Assembly: GCF_036321535.1 (NCBI RefSeq)
Contig: NC_087444.1
Location: 75,082,001-75,146,000 of the forward strand
Source of the DNA: Camelus dromedarius
Taxonomy: Eukaryota
Direction of reading: 5' to 3'
Length of the DNA stretch: 64,000 nt
Part shown: piece after piece, positions 28,061-40,593 of the stretch
How positions within the stretch are numbered: the first letter of the stretch is position 1
Layout: each line of letters opens with the position of its first letter
The notes under the pieces: generated by a model
The model's database searches: none
What the model was told of the DNA's origin: nothing
What the model saw: only the letters and a program-made list of their open reading frames with translations
Position numbers and translations under genes: made by a program

Positions 28061-31000
28061 CTAAGTCCAGATGGCCTGGATCGCCAGGAGGGACCAGAAG
28101 TTCATGTAGTTCAGATAGGAAAAGAAACCTGAAGGAAGGAAGAGTGCAGCGGGCTGAGGTGCAAGGTTCACCAGCCCGAGCCTGATCCTGGTTCTTTCCC
28201 CAAGCCCAGCCATACCCCTTACTGTGATCCCAAATCCATGCCCATACCCAAACTCCGCCCCATCCCCAACACTGTCCCTGACCCCTATCTTCAAACCCAA
28301 ACCCAGGACCATTCTCTACATTGCGCCCAACCCATTCCCCAGTCCAAACCCAACCCCACCCGTGCATCCAGCCCTATACCCATCCCCAACCCCATCTCCC
28401 TCCTCAGTCCAATCCTACTTAACCCTCTCTGCAATCCCATCCCCCTCCCAAACCCTGTCCCACCTAGTCCCCATCTGCCTCCCTGAACCCATGCCCAAAC
28501 CCCAAACCCAACCCCAGCCCGGCCCAGACCAGTCATCAGGAAGAGGAAGACGCCGATCCATGCCAGGTAGAAACTGCACCCCAGCTCGTAGGTCATGCCT
28601 TCCTGCAGGTACTCATGGGCCTGCATCAAGTAGAACAGGATACACAGTATCATGCTGATCCCTGCGTGAGTACAGGTGTTAGGAGGCCAGCATCAGGTGT
28701 GTGAGAACCCTTGCCCATAACTGTGTGGCTGCCAAGGTCTTGTTCATTATTTTCCCACTTCCTTTCACCTCCCTGAACGTCTGCTCACAGGCTGGAAAAC
28801 AGGCTCCTGACAACGTCTTGGTGGAGGACATTGGAAGGGCAAGACTTGGTCTTGAACCAGGCACTGGTGGTGTCTAAAACCACAGGCTTTGGGGCTGACA
28901 GACTGGACTTCTTGTCCTGCTTCTGTGTCCCATCTTAGGGCAGCCACTCCATCCCTCTGAGCCTCATTTCCCTCATCTGTAAAGTGGGCATAATCATAGG
29001 ACCCATCTCCTTGGGCTGTCATTAGGAGTTATTGAGATCAGCATGTTTCCTGGCACACAATGTGCCCTCAGGAATTGGGCTTGATTATCATCACTGTATT
29101 GGATCTTTAATTTTGGGCTTCTGAAGGAACTTAGTCATTCTGGACATTGGAACTTTATTTTGAAATGACATGAATTAAAGATAATTTGTGAAAAGGAAAA
29201 GATTCATTTTTTTCCTCAGGTAGTGGAATACTGGGTAATTTTTTTCTTTATGTTATTGAAAAATAATATAGGAGGTGTTTTGCATTTAATTGAAAGGGAC
29301 ATTGGACAGAAATGATTTTCTTATTGAAAAATGTTCTGTTTTAGATGACATAAAACAGATGTTTTCTACCCTTTGTACCTTGTATTTAAACAATCAGGAG
29401 GAGTTGCTAGACAAACTGGGTAAATACCATTTAATAACAAGGAAGTGGACTGTTCTCTATTCTTGGCCTCACTATTACTCTCTAAGAATGTTCTCTTGAT
29501 GCAATTGAAAGTTGTGATCAATTATTACAAGAGACAGGAACACAATATTCTTCATTTCCAAATTAAGTGCCCCTCTCTTCTAAAAAGTGTGGTTTGGCAT
29601 GCAAATGGAAACTAAACTATTCTAATCAGAATAGCAATTATGAGTTATTTGGGTGGGGGTGGGAGGATTATCACAATAAAGATGCAGGCACAGTTAAATT
29701 GCTACCATCACTTACTGACATTTTCTAATGCAATCCTCACTACATCTCCACATGGTAGGAAATGTTATCCCATCCTACAGATAAGAAAACTGTGGCTCAG
29801 AAAAATTAAGTAGCTTGAACAAAATCACTGAGCTGCTGGTGTTGGTGAGACGGGATGGGGTGGGAACTGGACACAGGGTTGAGTATTGGATAGTTGAAGA
29901 CTGAGTGATGGACACTGAGGTTGAGGCTGGTTTGAGGGGTGGGGATGAGTTGTGGTTGGGGATGAGTATGGATTGGAGACTGGTAAGACCATGAGGTTGG
30001 GAATGGGTTGGGTTGAGATTCACAGGTAAGAGGGGTAGTTTGGATTTGGAATGAGTCTTGAGGAGGGTTAGGCATGGAGTTGAGTTGTGTTGATGTTTGT
30101 AAAGGGCTTGGCGATTGGAAAGAAGATAGAATTGGAGTGGGGGTATGGATGGGGATGGATATCACAGAAGGGAATGTGAGTGATTTTGAGATCTGTTGGT
30201 GATGGAGTGGACTTGGACTGGAGATGGGGTTGGGTTGGAAGTTAATATTTTTTATTGGGGTGGACTGGAGATTTGGAGGGAGATAGTACTGGGATTGGGG
30301 TTGAAGGTGAAAATGAGGATGGCGCTGGAGTGTGGTGGGGAGAGGTTGGCTATCAGGAGAGGCACTGGGCAGGGAACTCCTCTACTTGGTTCCTCAGGGA
30401 CAGGTCTCAGTGCCATGCCTGTCAGGATGCTGATGATGACACTGGAGAAGTCCAGCATGGGCGTGTTGGTGCTTGTGAAGAAGACGATGTTTATGAGGAT
30501 GATGCAGAGGCAGAAGCTGGAAGTGCTTGCAATGAGGAGGAAGGCCCAGGCAAAGTCCAGTAAGTCTGGGGAAGGAAGAAAATCAGGACACCAAGACGGG
30601 CCCTGAGGCCCTGAGCATGGGGGAGAGGGTCCCCGGGGAGTCTGGAAGTAGTCTTAAGTCCTCTCCCTTGAAAATTCTTCATCCCTATTTTAAGGAAATT
30701 GAAATTGGGCTCTAGAGATGGGGTATTGAGGCAGATGCCTCTAGGTCATTGAGGACAGGTTCTTGGGCAGTGACAAGTGGGTTGGGCATTGAGGAACTAA
30801 CTTGATGTGATGAGGACAGATTCCTTGGGGTGAAAAAGCCTCAGGATTATGTACCAGGTGCTAGGGTCATGAGAATTGTGAGGATGGGTATCATGTAGGT
30901 GAGAATGAGCATAGGCAGTGAGAACTGTCTTGGGGGAAAGGGGGACTATTCAAGGGTAGTGGGAACTGTCATGGAGAGGGGAGAACTAGCCCAGGGCAGT

Positions 31001-32835
31001 GAGGACCAATCCGGGGAAGGCAGAAGAGGGTCCCTGGGACAAAGAGGAGAGATGAGTCCCAGGAACAGTGAGTGTAGGGTAGGTCTTACAAGCATTCTGG
31101 TCGTACTCATTCTGGCAGGAGGTGTCAGGGCACTGCACAAAGAAGATGGTATTGATGAGGATGGTGGGGTAGCCAGCAGCATCCCCAGGGGGCATCAGTG
31201 GCACCTGGAAGTGGATCCAGTGCTGGCCCAGAGAGATGAGACCGATGGTCACCATGCCGGCCAGGCTCAGCACCAGGCTCAGCTGGTGACTGATCTTCTT
31301 GGCCTCATGCAGCAGCCGCCAGCCCATGGGCAGCTGGGAATGGCTGAGTCTACACCTGTCCCGAAACCTGCAGCAGATTGCCCATTACCAGTGTCAGCAC
31401 TGAGTCCAGCCACCCAGCCCAGCCACCCCAGGTCCAGCTATCAGACCCTGTCCCCCCAAGTCTAACCTTCAGACTCTATTTTGCCCATGTCTGTTCTCCA
31501 TGCCCTGTATCTCCCTCTAGGACATGCTCACCTGGGTTCAGCCTCTAGGCTCCCTTGCCTCCAGATCTAGCTTCCAGGCCTTGCCACCCCCAAATCTATT
31601 CTCTAGGTTGAATCACAGGTCCAGCCTCTATGCCAGTCCCCACCCAGAGCAAGCCTTCAGATCCAGCTTTCAACCCCAGCCACACCTAACTCTAAACTCC
31701 AATCTCTGCTATACCGACTATGCCTCTGGTCCCTGGCTTTTCCTGATACCCCTCCCCCAGAATTCTAGCCCCAAAGCTGACCAGCTCTCTGGACGCCTGC
31801 CTCTTACCTGCCAGATCTGCCCTCAGTGGAGCTGCCTGATGGTGAACTGTAGAGGTAGCTTTCTGGGGTATTTGGGTTGTGTTGGGGACCATCCAAAGTG
31901 TCTTTGAAGCTCTCCTGGGAGGTCCAGATGATTGATTCATTACTTTTGATACTGGCCTCTGGGCTGTGAGTAATTGATGGGGGGACATCGACTCTGGCCC
32001 GGACTGACCTGGAGACTTGAAGGCTTGAGTGGGGACTCTGGGTTGTTGGCGGGATACTCACTTGACTACTGCAGGTAACTGATTTTACATTGGCCCGGGG
32101 GGTGCGAGTCACTGACAAAGGGCTTTGGATACTGAAGCGGTGAGTATGGAAAACAGATGGGACATCTCGGGTTTTGAAATGGCTACTGTAGATTACAGAC
32201 GGTGTGTCTTGGACACTGGCCCGGTGACTGCTGGTGATGGGTGGCACGTCCTCAGCACTGACTTGGTGACTGATGGATGATGCATCTTGGATACTGACCC
32301 GGTGGCTGTGGACAACTGGCAGGGGTTCTTGGATACTGACCTGGCGGCTGTGGACAACTGGCAGGGGTTCTTGGATACTGACCCGGCGGCTGTGGACAAC
32401 TGGCAGGGGTTCTTGGATACTGACCCGGCGGCTGTGGACAACTGGCAGGGGTTCTTGAATACTGACCCGGCGGCTGTGGACAGTGGGTTGAGAGTCTTTA
32501 ATACTGACTTGGTGACTCTGGACAGTGAGCTGAGAGTCTTGGGTACTGGCGTGGTGACTCTGGACAATGGGCTGAGAGTCTTGGGTACTGACCCGGCGGC
32601 TGTGGATAACAGGCAGGGGTTCTTGGATACTGACCCGGCGACTGTGGACAGTGGGCTGAGAGTCTTCAGTACTGACTTGGTGACTCTGGACAGTGGGCTG
32701 AGAGTCTTGGGTACTGACTCGGGGCCTGAAGGTAGTTGATGACGAGTCTTGGGTCTTGCCTTGGTTGTTGTTAGTTGCTGCTGGAAGGAATTCTGGCAGA
32801 GCACTCTGGTGGCCAGATTGGGACCTCTGGGCCAT
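28061..32835 (-). CDS. Unnamed 550-aa claudin/PMP22-superfamily tetraspan protein with a long repetitive Ser/Arg-rich N-terminus (gene A)
   Basis: Exons 31808-32835, 31090-31367, 30419-30565, 28530-28661 and 28061-28128 total 1653 nt (551 codons), open throughout. Four hydrophobic segments, W...C-x4-C first loop, SFYLAWIGVFLF TM4. The donor after exon 3 is GC (AG|GCATGG at 30418); all other sites are GT-AG. Confidence 0.8.
32289..32750 (-). repeat. Coding minisatellite, 11 x 42 bp (14-aa repeat such as HSRRVSIQEPLPVV)
   Basis: Units start at 32289+42n on + (ggatactgacccggcggctgtggacaactggcaggggttctt and a ...ggacagtgggctgagagtctt subtype); there are no spacers. Confidence 0.95.
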
Positions 32836-34248
32836 GTGGACATGCGAGGTCTGGCCAATCCCCAGATGTACTCAACAGCCTGCCAACTGCCTCAGCCCTT
32901 CCTTCCAGGCATCTCCATGGCCACTTGGAAGTCCATTGGTCTCTCCCGGGGCTCAGGCTGTGTCCTTTGGGGTTTGAATCTCTCTGTCCCCTCTTCTGTG
33001 TTTCTTGGTCTCTCCTGCTGTCCACAGTCAGGCCTCAGGGCTTCAATCTGACCTGGAGCTGGGGGCAGGGGGAGGTTCCATGACAGTTGGAGGGGTTCCA
33101 GGAGGTAGAGACATTAGCCATGGACTCACATTCCACCCTAGACCTGTGTGAGAGACATGGGGGCTTGGGCTGGGTCAGGGTGGGCTCAGTGTAGGGTCTT
33201 GGTAGGGTCAAGATTGGGTTACGAAGGGGTCACTGCTGGGTCAGAGAGGTGTCAGGACAGGGCAAGGGTGGGATAGAGGGTAGGGAATGATCAGGGTGGA
33301 GACAGAGCAGGATCAGAGAGGGGCCAGGGTAGGTGGGGTCAGAGTAGGGTTAAGGGGTAAGGGAGGGGTCAAGGTGAAGACAACAGGGGCCAGAGTAGGG
33401 CTAGGCGAGGCTGAGTCAGGGCTGGGTCACGGGCCATCTCTAAGATCAATTCTTGCAGTTTCTGGAGAGCCTGTGATCTGAATTTATCATTCACTCCTCC
33501 TACCTGTCTCCCCCTCATCCCAGCCAGGGCCTTCTCTGAATCAAGTTCATCCCCTTATTCCCGTCTCAATTTCCATGTGTATTCTTGTTCCTTTTCCGTC
33601 TCCTCTGTCTCTGCCTCTCTTCAACTGTCCCTGAGTCTCAGGGACTCAGAGAAGATTAGGCCTGCTCCCTACCCTCAAAGACCTCCAGTCTGGGTTTGGG
33701 GAGAGGAAGCAGACCCAGCCACAGATCGAGAAAGGCTCCGGAGAGGTCAGCAGAAGTGCAGGCGTCCTGACCAGTATATGCTGCCTTTCCAGTCAGAGGG
33801 GGGATTTTTCCAAACTGCTGTTTTCCTCATCCTCTCCTTTGCCTTTAATGATGATATTTTGAAAAAAACAAAACCCACAAACTTTTATGTCTTTAATTAC
33901 ATGGATATCTATTTAACTGTTCTGTACCTCTGTTTCCTCATCTGTGAGAGGAGATTATGATACTTCAGAGGGTTGTTGTAAGGATGAAATGGGCTGATAA
34001 AAGCACTTAGAACCCATTGTAAGAAAAACTTGTTGAAAGTTTTTACATTTCATGGATGTTGATTTCAGTTCTAAAACTTTTTCTCCATCCCCTAAGCTCC
34101 TTCCTGAGTTCCAGACTCAGAGACCCAATTTCTTCTGAAATCCACATTGAGAGGTACCACAGAAGAAGAGAAAGGAATTACTATTCCTGGATACCGCTAA
34201 TGCATCCATTCATTCATTTATTCATGCACGCTTTCAAGAGCAAAGGCT

Positions 34249-34395
34249 GGGGGGTGGGGAACGGTACAGCTCAGTGGCAGAGTGCATGCCTAGCATGCAC
34301 GAGGTCCTGGGTTCAATCCCCGGTACCTCCATTAACAAATAAATAAATAAATGAACCTGATTACCCTCCCCACCAAAAAGTAAATTTAAAAAAAG
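34249..34395 (+). mobile_element. tRNA-derived SINE of camelid type between the two tetraspan genes
   Basis: gctcagtggcagagtgcatgcctagcatgcacgaggtcctgggttcaatccccggtacctcc + (AAAT)n + acctgattaccctcccc. Confidence 0.85.
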
Positions 34396-34621
34396 AGAGC
34401 AAATTCTCATACCAGGCAATGGGGGTGCAGCGGAAAACAGAAGAAATTGGTTCCCTACCCTCACGGAAGACTGGTAGGGAAATAAATGGTGAAATAACGA
34501 ATCCCAAGCCGATGGTGTGCCCGTGAGAGAGAACTGCACACTGCACTATGGGAGTGTTTAATAGGGAACCTGATTAAGAATTGAGGCTGGGAGAGCTCCG
34601 GAAAGGAATGTGGAGGAAGTG

Positions 34622-37600
34622 ATGTTGGAAGTGAGGGTGTTTAGGGCAGTCTGGGCAAAGGTGGAAGAAGAAAGCCCTAGGTGGAGGGAGCAGCAGGAAT
34701 CCGAGCTTCAACTCAGGGAGGAGAGGCCCCAAGGTGGCCTCTTGGTGTGTGAGAGGGACCCTGTGAAGTCCAGTGTGGCTCTGGAGGTAAGCGAGCAGTG
34801 TGGGGTCAGGGTCCCTGCCAACTGGGAAGGTTGGCAGATCACAGTGCTTGGTGGGTGTTGGGTGCACCACCCATGTTCGCTCCTTTGACGCCATGGGTCT
34901 TGGCCTGGTGAACACACTTTGGAACCTTTGTCATTGTTTTCTGTGTCCTAGGTTGGAATTTGTGACAGGGATGGTGGTAAGGGGAATGAAGCTGAGAGTG
35001 GAGACAGAGCTGGGCTTTGAGGACTAGGAAGGAGAGCATGAGGCTGGAGACAGAACAAGTAGATTTGGGCTCAGGGTGGGATGTGGATGGGGGCTGAGTT
35101 GTGTGTTAGGAGTAGAAATAGAAATGGGTAGTGTTTGGGATTTAGGAAGCATACTGGGGATGGCATGGGGTTGTGGATGGTCCTGGGGATGGGACAGAAA
35201 ACAGAGAGGGGAATGAAGTTGGAATGGGGGTTTGGGTGGGGATGGGAAAGATGGCTATGGGTGGAAGGGAATTGAGAATAGGGTAAAAGGCAAGGTTTGG
35301 GTGGAGGCAGAGATATGACTGTGTTCCGTGATGGAGATTAGGATGAAACAGAGTGATGCAGGCAGATCCAGGCCCCCAGAACTCTATTCTTTCCCAGTGG
35401 ACCCCGTCTCTTCCTGGGAGGAGGACCGCAAGTTCGTCCTGCGGGGCTGGTGTCTCGTCTTCAGCATCCTGGCGACCCTGATGGTGCTCAGTGTGTTGGA
35501 TGGGCGTATGGCCTACTTGCAGGGCTCCTACACGGGCTACCTGGGCTTCTGGACTGACTGCAGGAAGCACAAGTGTGTCAGCCTGGGCCAAGTCACCGGT
35601 CAGTAGGAGCCTGGACAGGCTATAGGGTGCTCTGGGGGGAGGTGTCTCCGGAGATTATCAAGGGAGAGAATCTCTGGGGGAATCTCTTTGGGTGTTCCTG
35701 GGAGGGGGGAGTCTTCAGTATTCCTGAGAGGGTCTCTGGAGATTCTCTGGAGGCCTTGTGAGGGTTTTCCTGGAATTACATATGACTTAGAGAAATCGGG
35801 ACTGTCACTGTGCATGGAAAGAAGGGCATTACACGTGGCCTGAAGATTAGATGGTTAAAGGCACCATCATTCTCTCTCACACACTTTTTAAAAGTTTTTT
35901 TTTTTTTTTTTAAAGATAACAGGAGGCTTCCGGCTCCTTGAGAAACATTTTGCCTCCTTGTAGATGTCTGTGTTTCCAGGGCTTTTGAGCATTGCCACAG
36001 AGGCAGCCCAGACCCTGGAGCCAGAGAGCCTGGGTTCAAATCCTGGCTCAGCCACTTGGTAGCTGGGTTATCTTGGGCAGATTCCTTCACTCCTGTGTGC
36101 CACAAGTTTCCTCATTTTTATAATGTCAGTGATAGCAGTACCTAATCATGTTTGAGGAAGACGTGAGTTAAAACACAGAAAGGAATTAGAACAGTGCCTG
36201 GCCCGTGTTCTTATTATAAGAATTCTTTTTCTCCAGCCAACGCACCTACCTTCATTTTGGATCTCAAGTGCTCCTTAAGACTTCCTGAACATTGTGTAAG
36301 ATTAATCTTATTTGTTTATTTTGAGAATCTCTTTCTCTTATACCTCTCAAACTCAAGCTGGTTTCAAGTTATAGAAAAATTGGGAGCCATACATTGATCC
36401 TGGTTCAGGTACTGCTGGATCTGGTGCTCAAAAGGTGTCTGTCTCTTGCCATCTCTCCTTGAAGCCTTCCTCTGTGGTGGGCCCTTAGGCAAACTGTGCC
36501 CATGCAGTGGCAATGTGGTTGTCCAGCAGCTTCCGGGTCCCATTTTTTTCTGTAAACAACCATGGAAAAAAGAGAGTAAGCTGTCTCCTCTGGCCCTCAA
36601 GCACAGGTCTCAGGATTAAGTCAGAGGGGGTCAGATTCACTGCCTGGGAATTTCTCACTGCTCCGTGAACCGTTTGCTGTGGTCAGGAGGATGTCATGCT
36701 GTGATTGGCTGGGTCTGGATCAGGTGCTTTTCTTAAGAGTCAATGGAAGGGGTCATTTCTGTCAGAAGCACAAGGACAGAGGGTGAGTGGAGAGTTCCTC
36801 CGAACAGTATCAAGACGCTGTTGCCAAAAGAGTGGGAATGGATGCTGGGTGGGCAAACGCAACTGTGCACAATGTCCCCGTATGTCTACAATACTTTATT
36901 TGAGCACAATTACTTTGGGAGGTAGACTCCCAAGCGCAGAATAGCAGTGCTTCAGAAGGGTTGGTGACATTTTGTAAGGCTTTGTTAGATACTCCATCTA
37001 CAGAATCCAGGAGTCTCATGACCAGCAACAGAAGCCAATTCAGCTTGGTTTAAGCAGAAAATAGATTTATATTTTCAGGATTAAGACCATGCCCAAAGAG
37101 TCCTGGAGGACTGGCTGGCTGGGCATGCACATTGCAGCTTGACCTGTGGATCCCAGTATCTCCAGGCCTGGACTCCACTGGGGAACCTCTTTCTCTGCTA
37201 CACCGGGAGCCTGGAGGTAGTTGCAGCCAACCTCACTAGAACTGAGTTCCCACCTACTTCTGGCTGCTGATTCCAAGTTTAGCGTGGCTCTATTTTATTG
37301 GTGGAGCCTCATCGCATGCTGAGGTCCTAGCTGTAAGACAGGCTGGTTTCCTTACTGGGAAGTGCAGATACATAGGTTGGGAAATTCCAACAGGACTGGT
37401 ATTCAGAGGTGCTGGGAAGACAAAAAAGAATGGTGTATATTCATTATATGCCTCATTTGTTCTAAAATGTTAACTGTGTGTGATTTTTAAACTTTTTCTT
37501 ATTTAAATTTCGTTTTTTTATTGAAGTAGAGTCAGTTTACAATGTTGTGTCAGTTTTGGGTGTACAGCATAATGCTTCAGTCATGCATGTGCATACATAC

Positions 37601-40530
37601 ATTCCTTTTCAAACTCTTTTACATGATAGGGTACTGTAAGATATTGAATATTGTTCCCTGTGCTGCGCAGTAGAAACTTGTTGTTTATCTGTCCTATATA
37701 TAGTAGTTGGTATTTGCAATTTTTCCTTATTTTAAATTTAAATGGCTTTTATTTTATTTGAACAGGTAGTATATGTATGTGGTTCAACATTTAAAAAAGT
37801 GCTAACTTCTCTCATTTTTGGGCTGAATCTCTCCCAGATCCCCGCCCTGGGGGGCAACCAATGTTGCTAAACCGTTTTTAAGCTCTTGCGTGTTCTAGTC
37901 ATATTCTCTGCACATATGAGAAAATCGCTATATGTGTATATACACATATGACTATACATACATATATACACTTAGAGGTATGTGTATACATATATTTATC
38001 ATTTAAAAACACACATGTCAGTATTATAGTTCTCTTTTAAAGGTGAGTCACCATTTATTGAATGCTAAGAATATACAGAGCGTTATGGTTGGCATAAAGA
38101 ACTAACATGTTAGGTTATGAAGGTTTTAATTATTTTTTGAGGTGCAGAAATTTAGAATTTTTATGTAGTCTAAATTCTCCACCTTTGTCTCTGTGACTTT
38201 ACTAACTTAGCTTTGGGAAGCACTTCTCCCTCTAGATTTTTGGTGAACATTCAATTCTGGTTTTATATATATATGTGTGTGTGTGTTTTAGGGCCTGACT
38301 GTGATTTTGGTGGGTGGTAGGCAGGCAGTATTGAATCCTGTGCTCCTTGCCAACCTACAGAAGAGACCTGAATTACTCAGAAGTCTCTGAGTCACAAGTG
38401 ATAGAAACTCTAAATTAAACTAGCTTGAGTGAAGGAATTTATGGGCTCACCCAGTGAAAAAGGTGGGGACAGAAATGCTTTCAGGCATGGCTGCATTCAG
38501 GGTCCAGGTGATTTCATCAGACATTACTGTCTGTTTCTTGGCTACTTAACTGGGGCTCAGAGTGGCTAAAGGCAGGAAGGCAAAATGCACGGTGGGGAGG
38601 TAAGCAGCAAATGGCCACTCCTTCTGACCAAACTACAAGAGTGGGCTTATCTCTGGGATGGCAAGAGCCAGGGACTTGAATGTCATCTGAACTCTCTTTC
38701 TCTTGTCTGCTTTCTCTTCTTAGTTTTATCTTTCAGGTCTCCTGTCACCCATGAGGCTGGGTCCAAGGCTCAGGCAGCTCCAAGTTCATAATCTTCTTGG
38801 CTAAAGGAGAAGGAGCTGGTCCCTGACAACTTCAGTTAGAAAAAAGTCCCAGAGAAGAGCTTGATTGGTTGGTTTTGACCATGTGCCCATCTTTGAGCCC
38901 ATCACCCTGGTCTGGGTCATGGGGCACTGTGATGGGCTCATCCACAGTCACACGATGACCTCTGTGGCCCCAGATGGCAGGATATGTCATGAAAAGCCCT
39001 CAACCAGGATTATGTGATGGATCCCAAGAGCACTATTGCTATTCTGTATATATGTGCAGTTTGCCAAAAACAAAGCAGATGAAGTCTTAGCCCACTTCAC
39101 TGAAGTAGTTTTGCACTGTTCAACAGTAGGCAAAACAGGAAAGGGCTAAACGGAGGAGATTTAATTCTCAGAAGGGGCTGAATCTCATACTGAAATGCAA
39201 ATTGGATAAATATCAATTTCAAACTGAGTGTGATTACATCTTTTAGGTACCTTGGTTTTAGAGTATTTGGAAGTTTTCTTGTTGTGTACTTCTTGTGTGT
39301 GCTCCGGAGGACAAGGGGACATTTGGAGAATGTCTGCGGGAGGGTTGAGGGTGTGAATGGGGATGACATTTGGATATTTGGGGAGCTTCTGGGGGGTGTG
39401 AATGAGGTCACTAGGGAACCTTGGGTTATGAGTGGAAGAGAAATAGGGTGACTTCAGAGATGACTAAAGTCACTAAGGTGTCTTGGGTAACTTTGAGGGT
39501 GCTATGAGGAGTGTCTAGGAGTGGTATTGAGGGCATTGATGTGAGTTGCTGTGGGACATCTTTTGGGAGTATGAGTAGGGTAACTTTGTGTGTGTGTGTG
39601 TGTGTATAATTCTAGAAATAATAGAGATGATTCTGTGTGGTGAACTTGAGGATGTGAGGGGGGTGCCTCAGGTCATCTGTGTGGTATGTGTGGATTTGAT
39701 TATGAGAGTGTCTAGGGTTGACTTTGGGACAAGTGGGGTGATTTGGAATGACTTTGAGGGTGCAAATGGGGAAGGCTTTTTAAAACTGAGGTATAGTTAA
39801 TTTACAATATTATATAAATTTCACAACATAGTGAGTCACAATTTTTAAACAAAGTGGGGATGACTGGGTTGACTTTACGGGTACATGAGGGTGACTTCGT
39901 GAGTGAGAGTGGGCATCATTTGGGGTTTTCTAGGAGGTGACTTTGGCAACAGCAATGGGGTGATTTTGAGGATGTCTGTAGCTAAACATTGGGGGTAACT
40001 GTTGGGGATACTGCTCATGGGTGTCAGTGGGGATGAGGGTGACCTTGGAGAGTATCTGGGGATGACTCTGGGGCATTCCCCCCTTTCCCCCCAGTTCTCA
40101 TCCACATGAGCATGGGCTTCATGATGCTGGCCCTGGTCCTGTGTCTAGTCCTCCTCCCCACCATGAGCCTCTCCTTCCGGCCAGTGTTCCGCCGCCTTAA
40201 CAAGGCTGACCTTGTCTTCAGTTCCCTCAGCTTAAGCATTGGTAAATGTCACCCTGGAGGAGGGGGTACCCTCCCTATCCCAGCATCTCTCCCCTGAGGC
40301 TCTCTGGCTTTGGGGAAGATGCTTCTCAGAGTTTCTGTCCTGATGTCTGCTGGGTCTCGGTCTTTGAATGTCTGTTGGGATCTCTGTCCCACTCTCTGTG
40401 CGCATCTCACTTTATTTTACTCAGGTGGGGTGAGTGTGTTGGGTATCTCTCTCAGTCTCTTCCTGTTTCCTTCTCTTTCCGCCGCCTCTTGGTATCTTTC
40501 TGTCTGGTGAGTGTGTGTGTGTGTGTGTGT

Positions 40531-40593
<63 letters not shown>

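Noticed and set aside
29775-30330. Strand-biased G/T-rich or C/A-rich intronic tracts (also 28200-28510, 35050-35320, 39330-40070, 48420-48960) and their ORFs
   Set aside because: This is low-complexity intron sequence typical of the region; the ORFs reflect composition only.
32289-32750. CRISPR-like array, and the antisense ORF 32287-32739
   Set aside because: The units are contiguous with no spacers, the context is a eukaryotic coding exon, and the antisense ORF is a repeat artefact.
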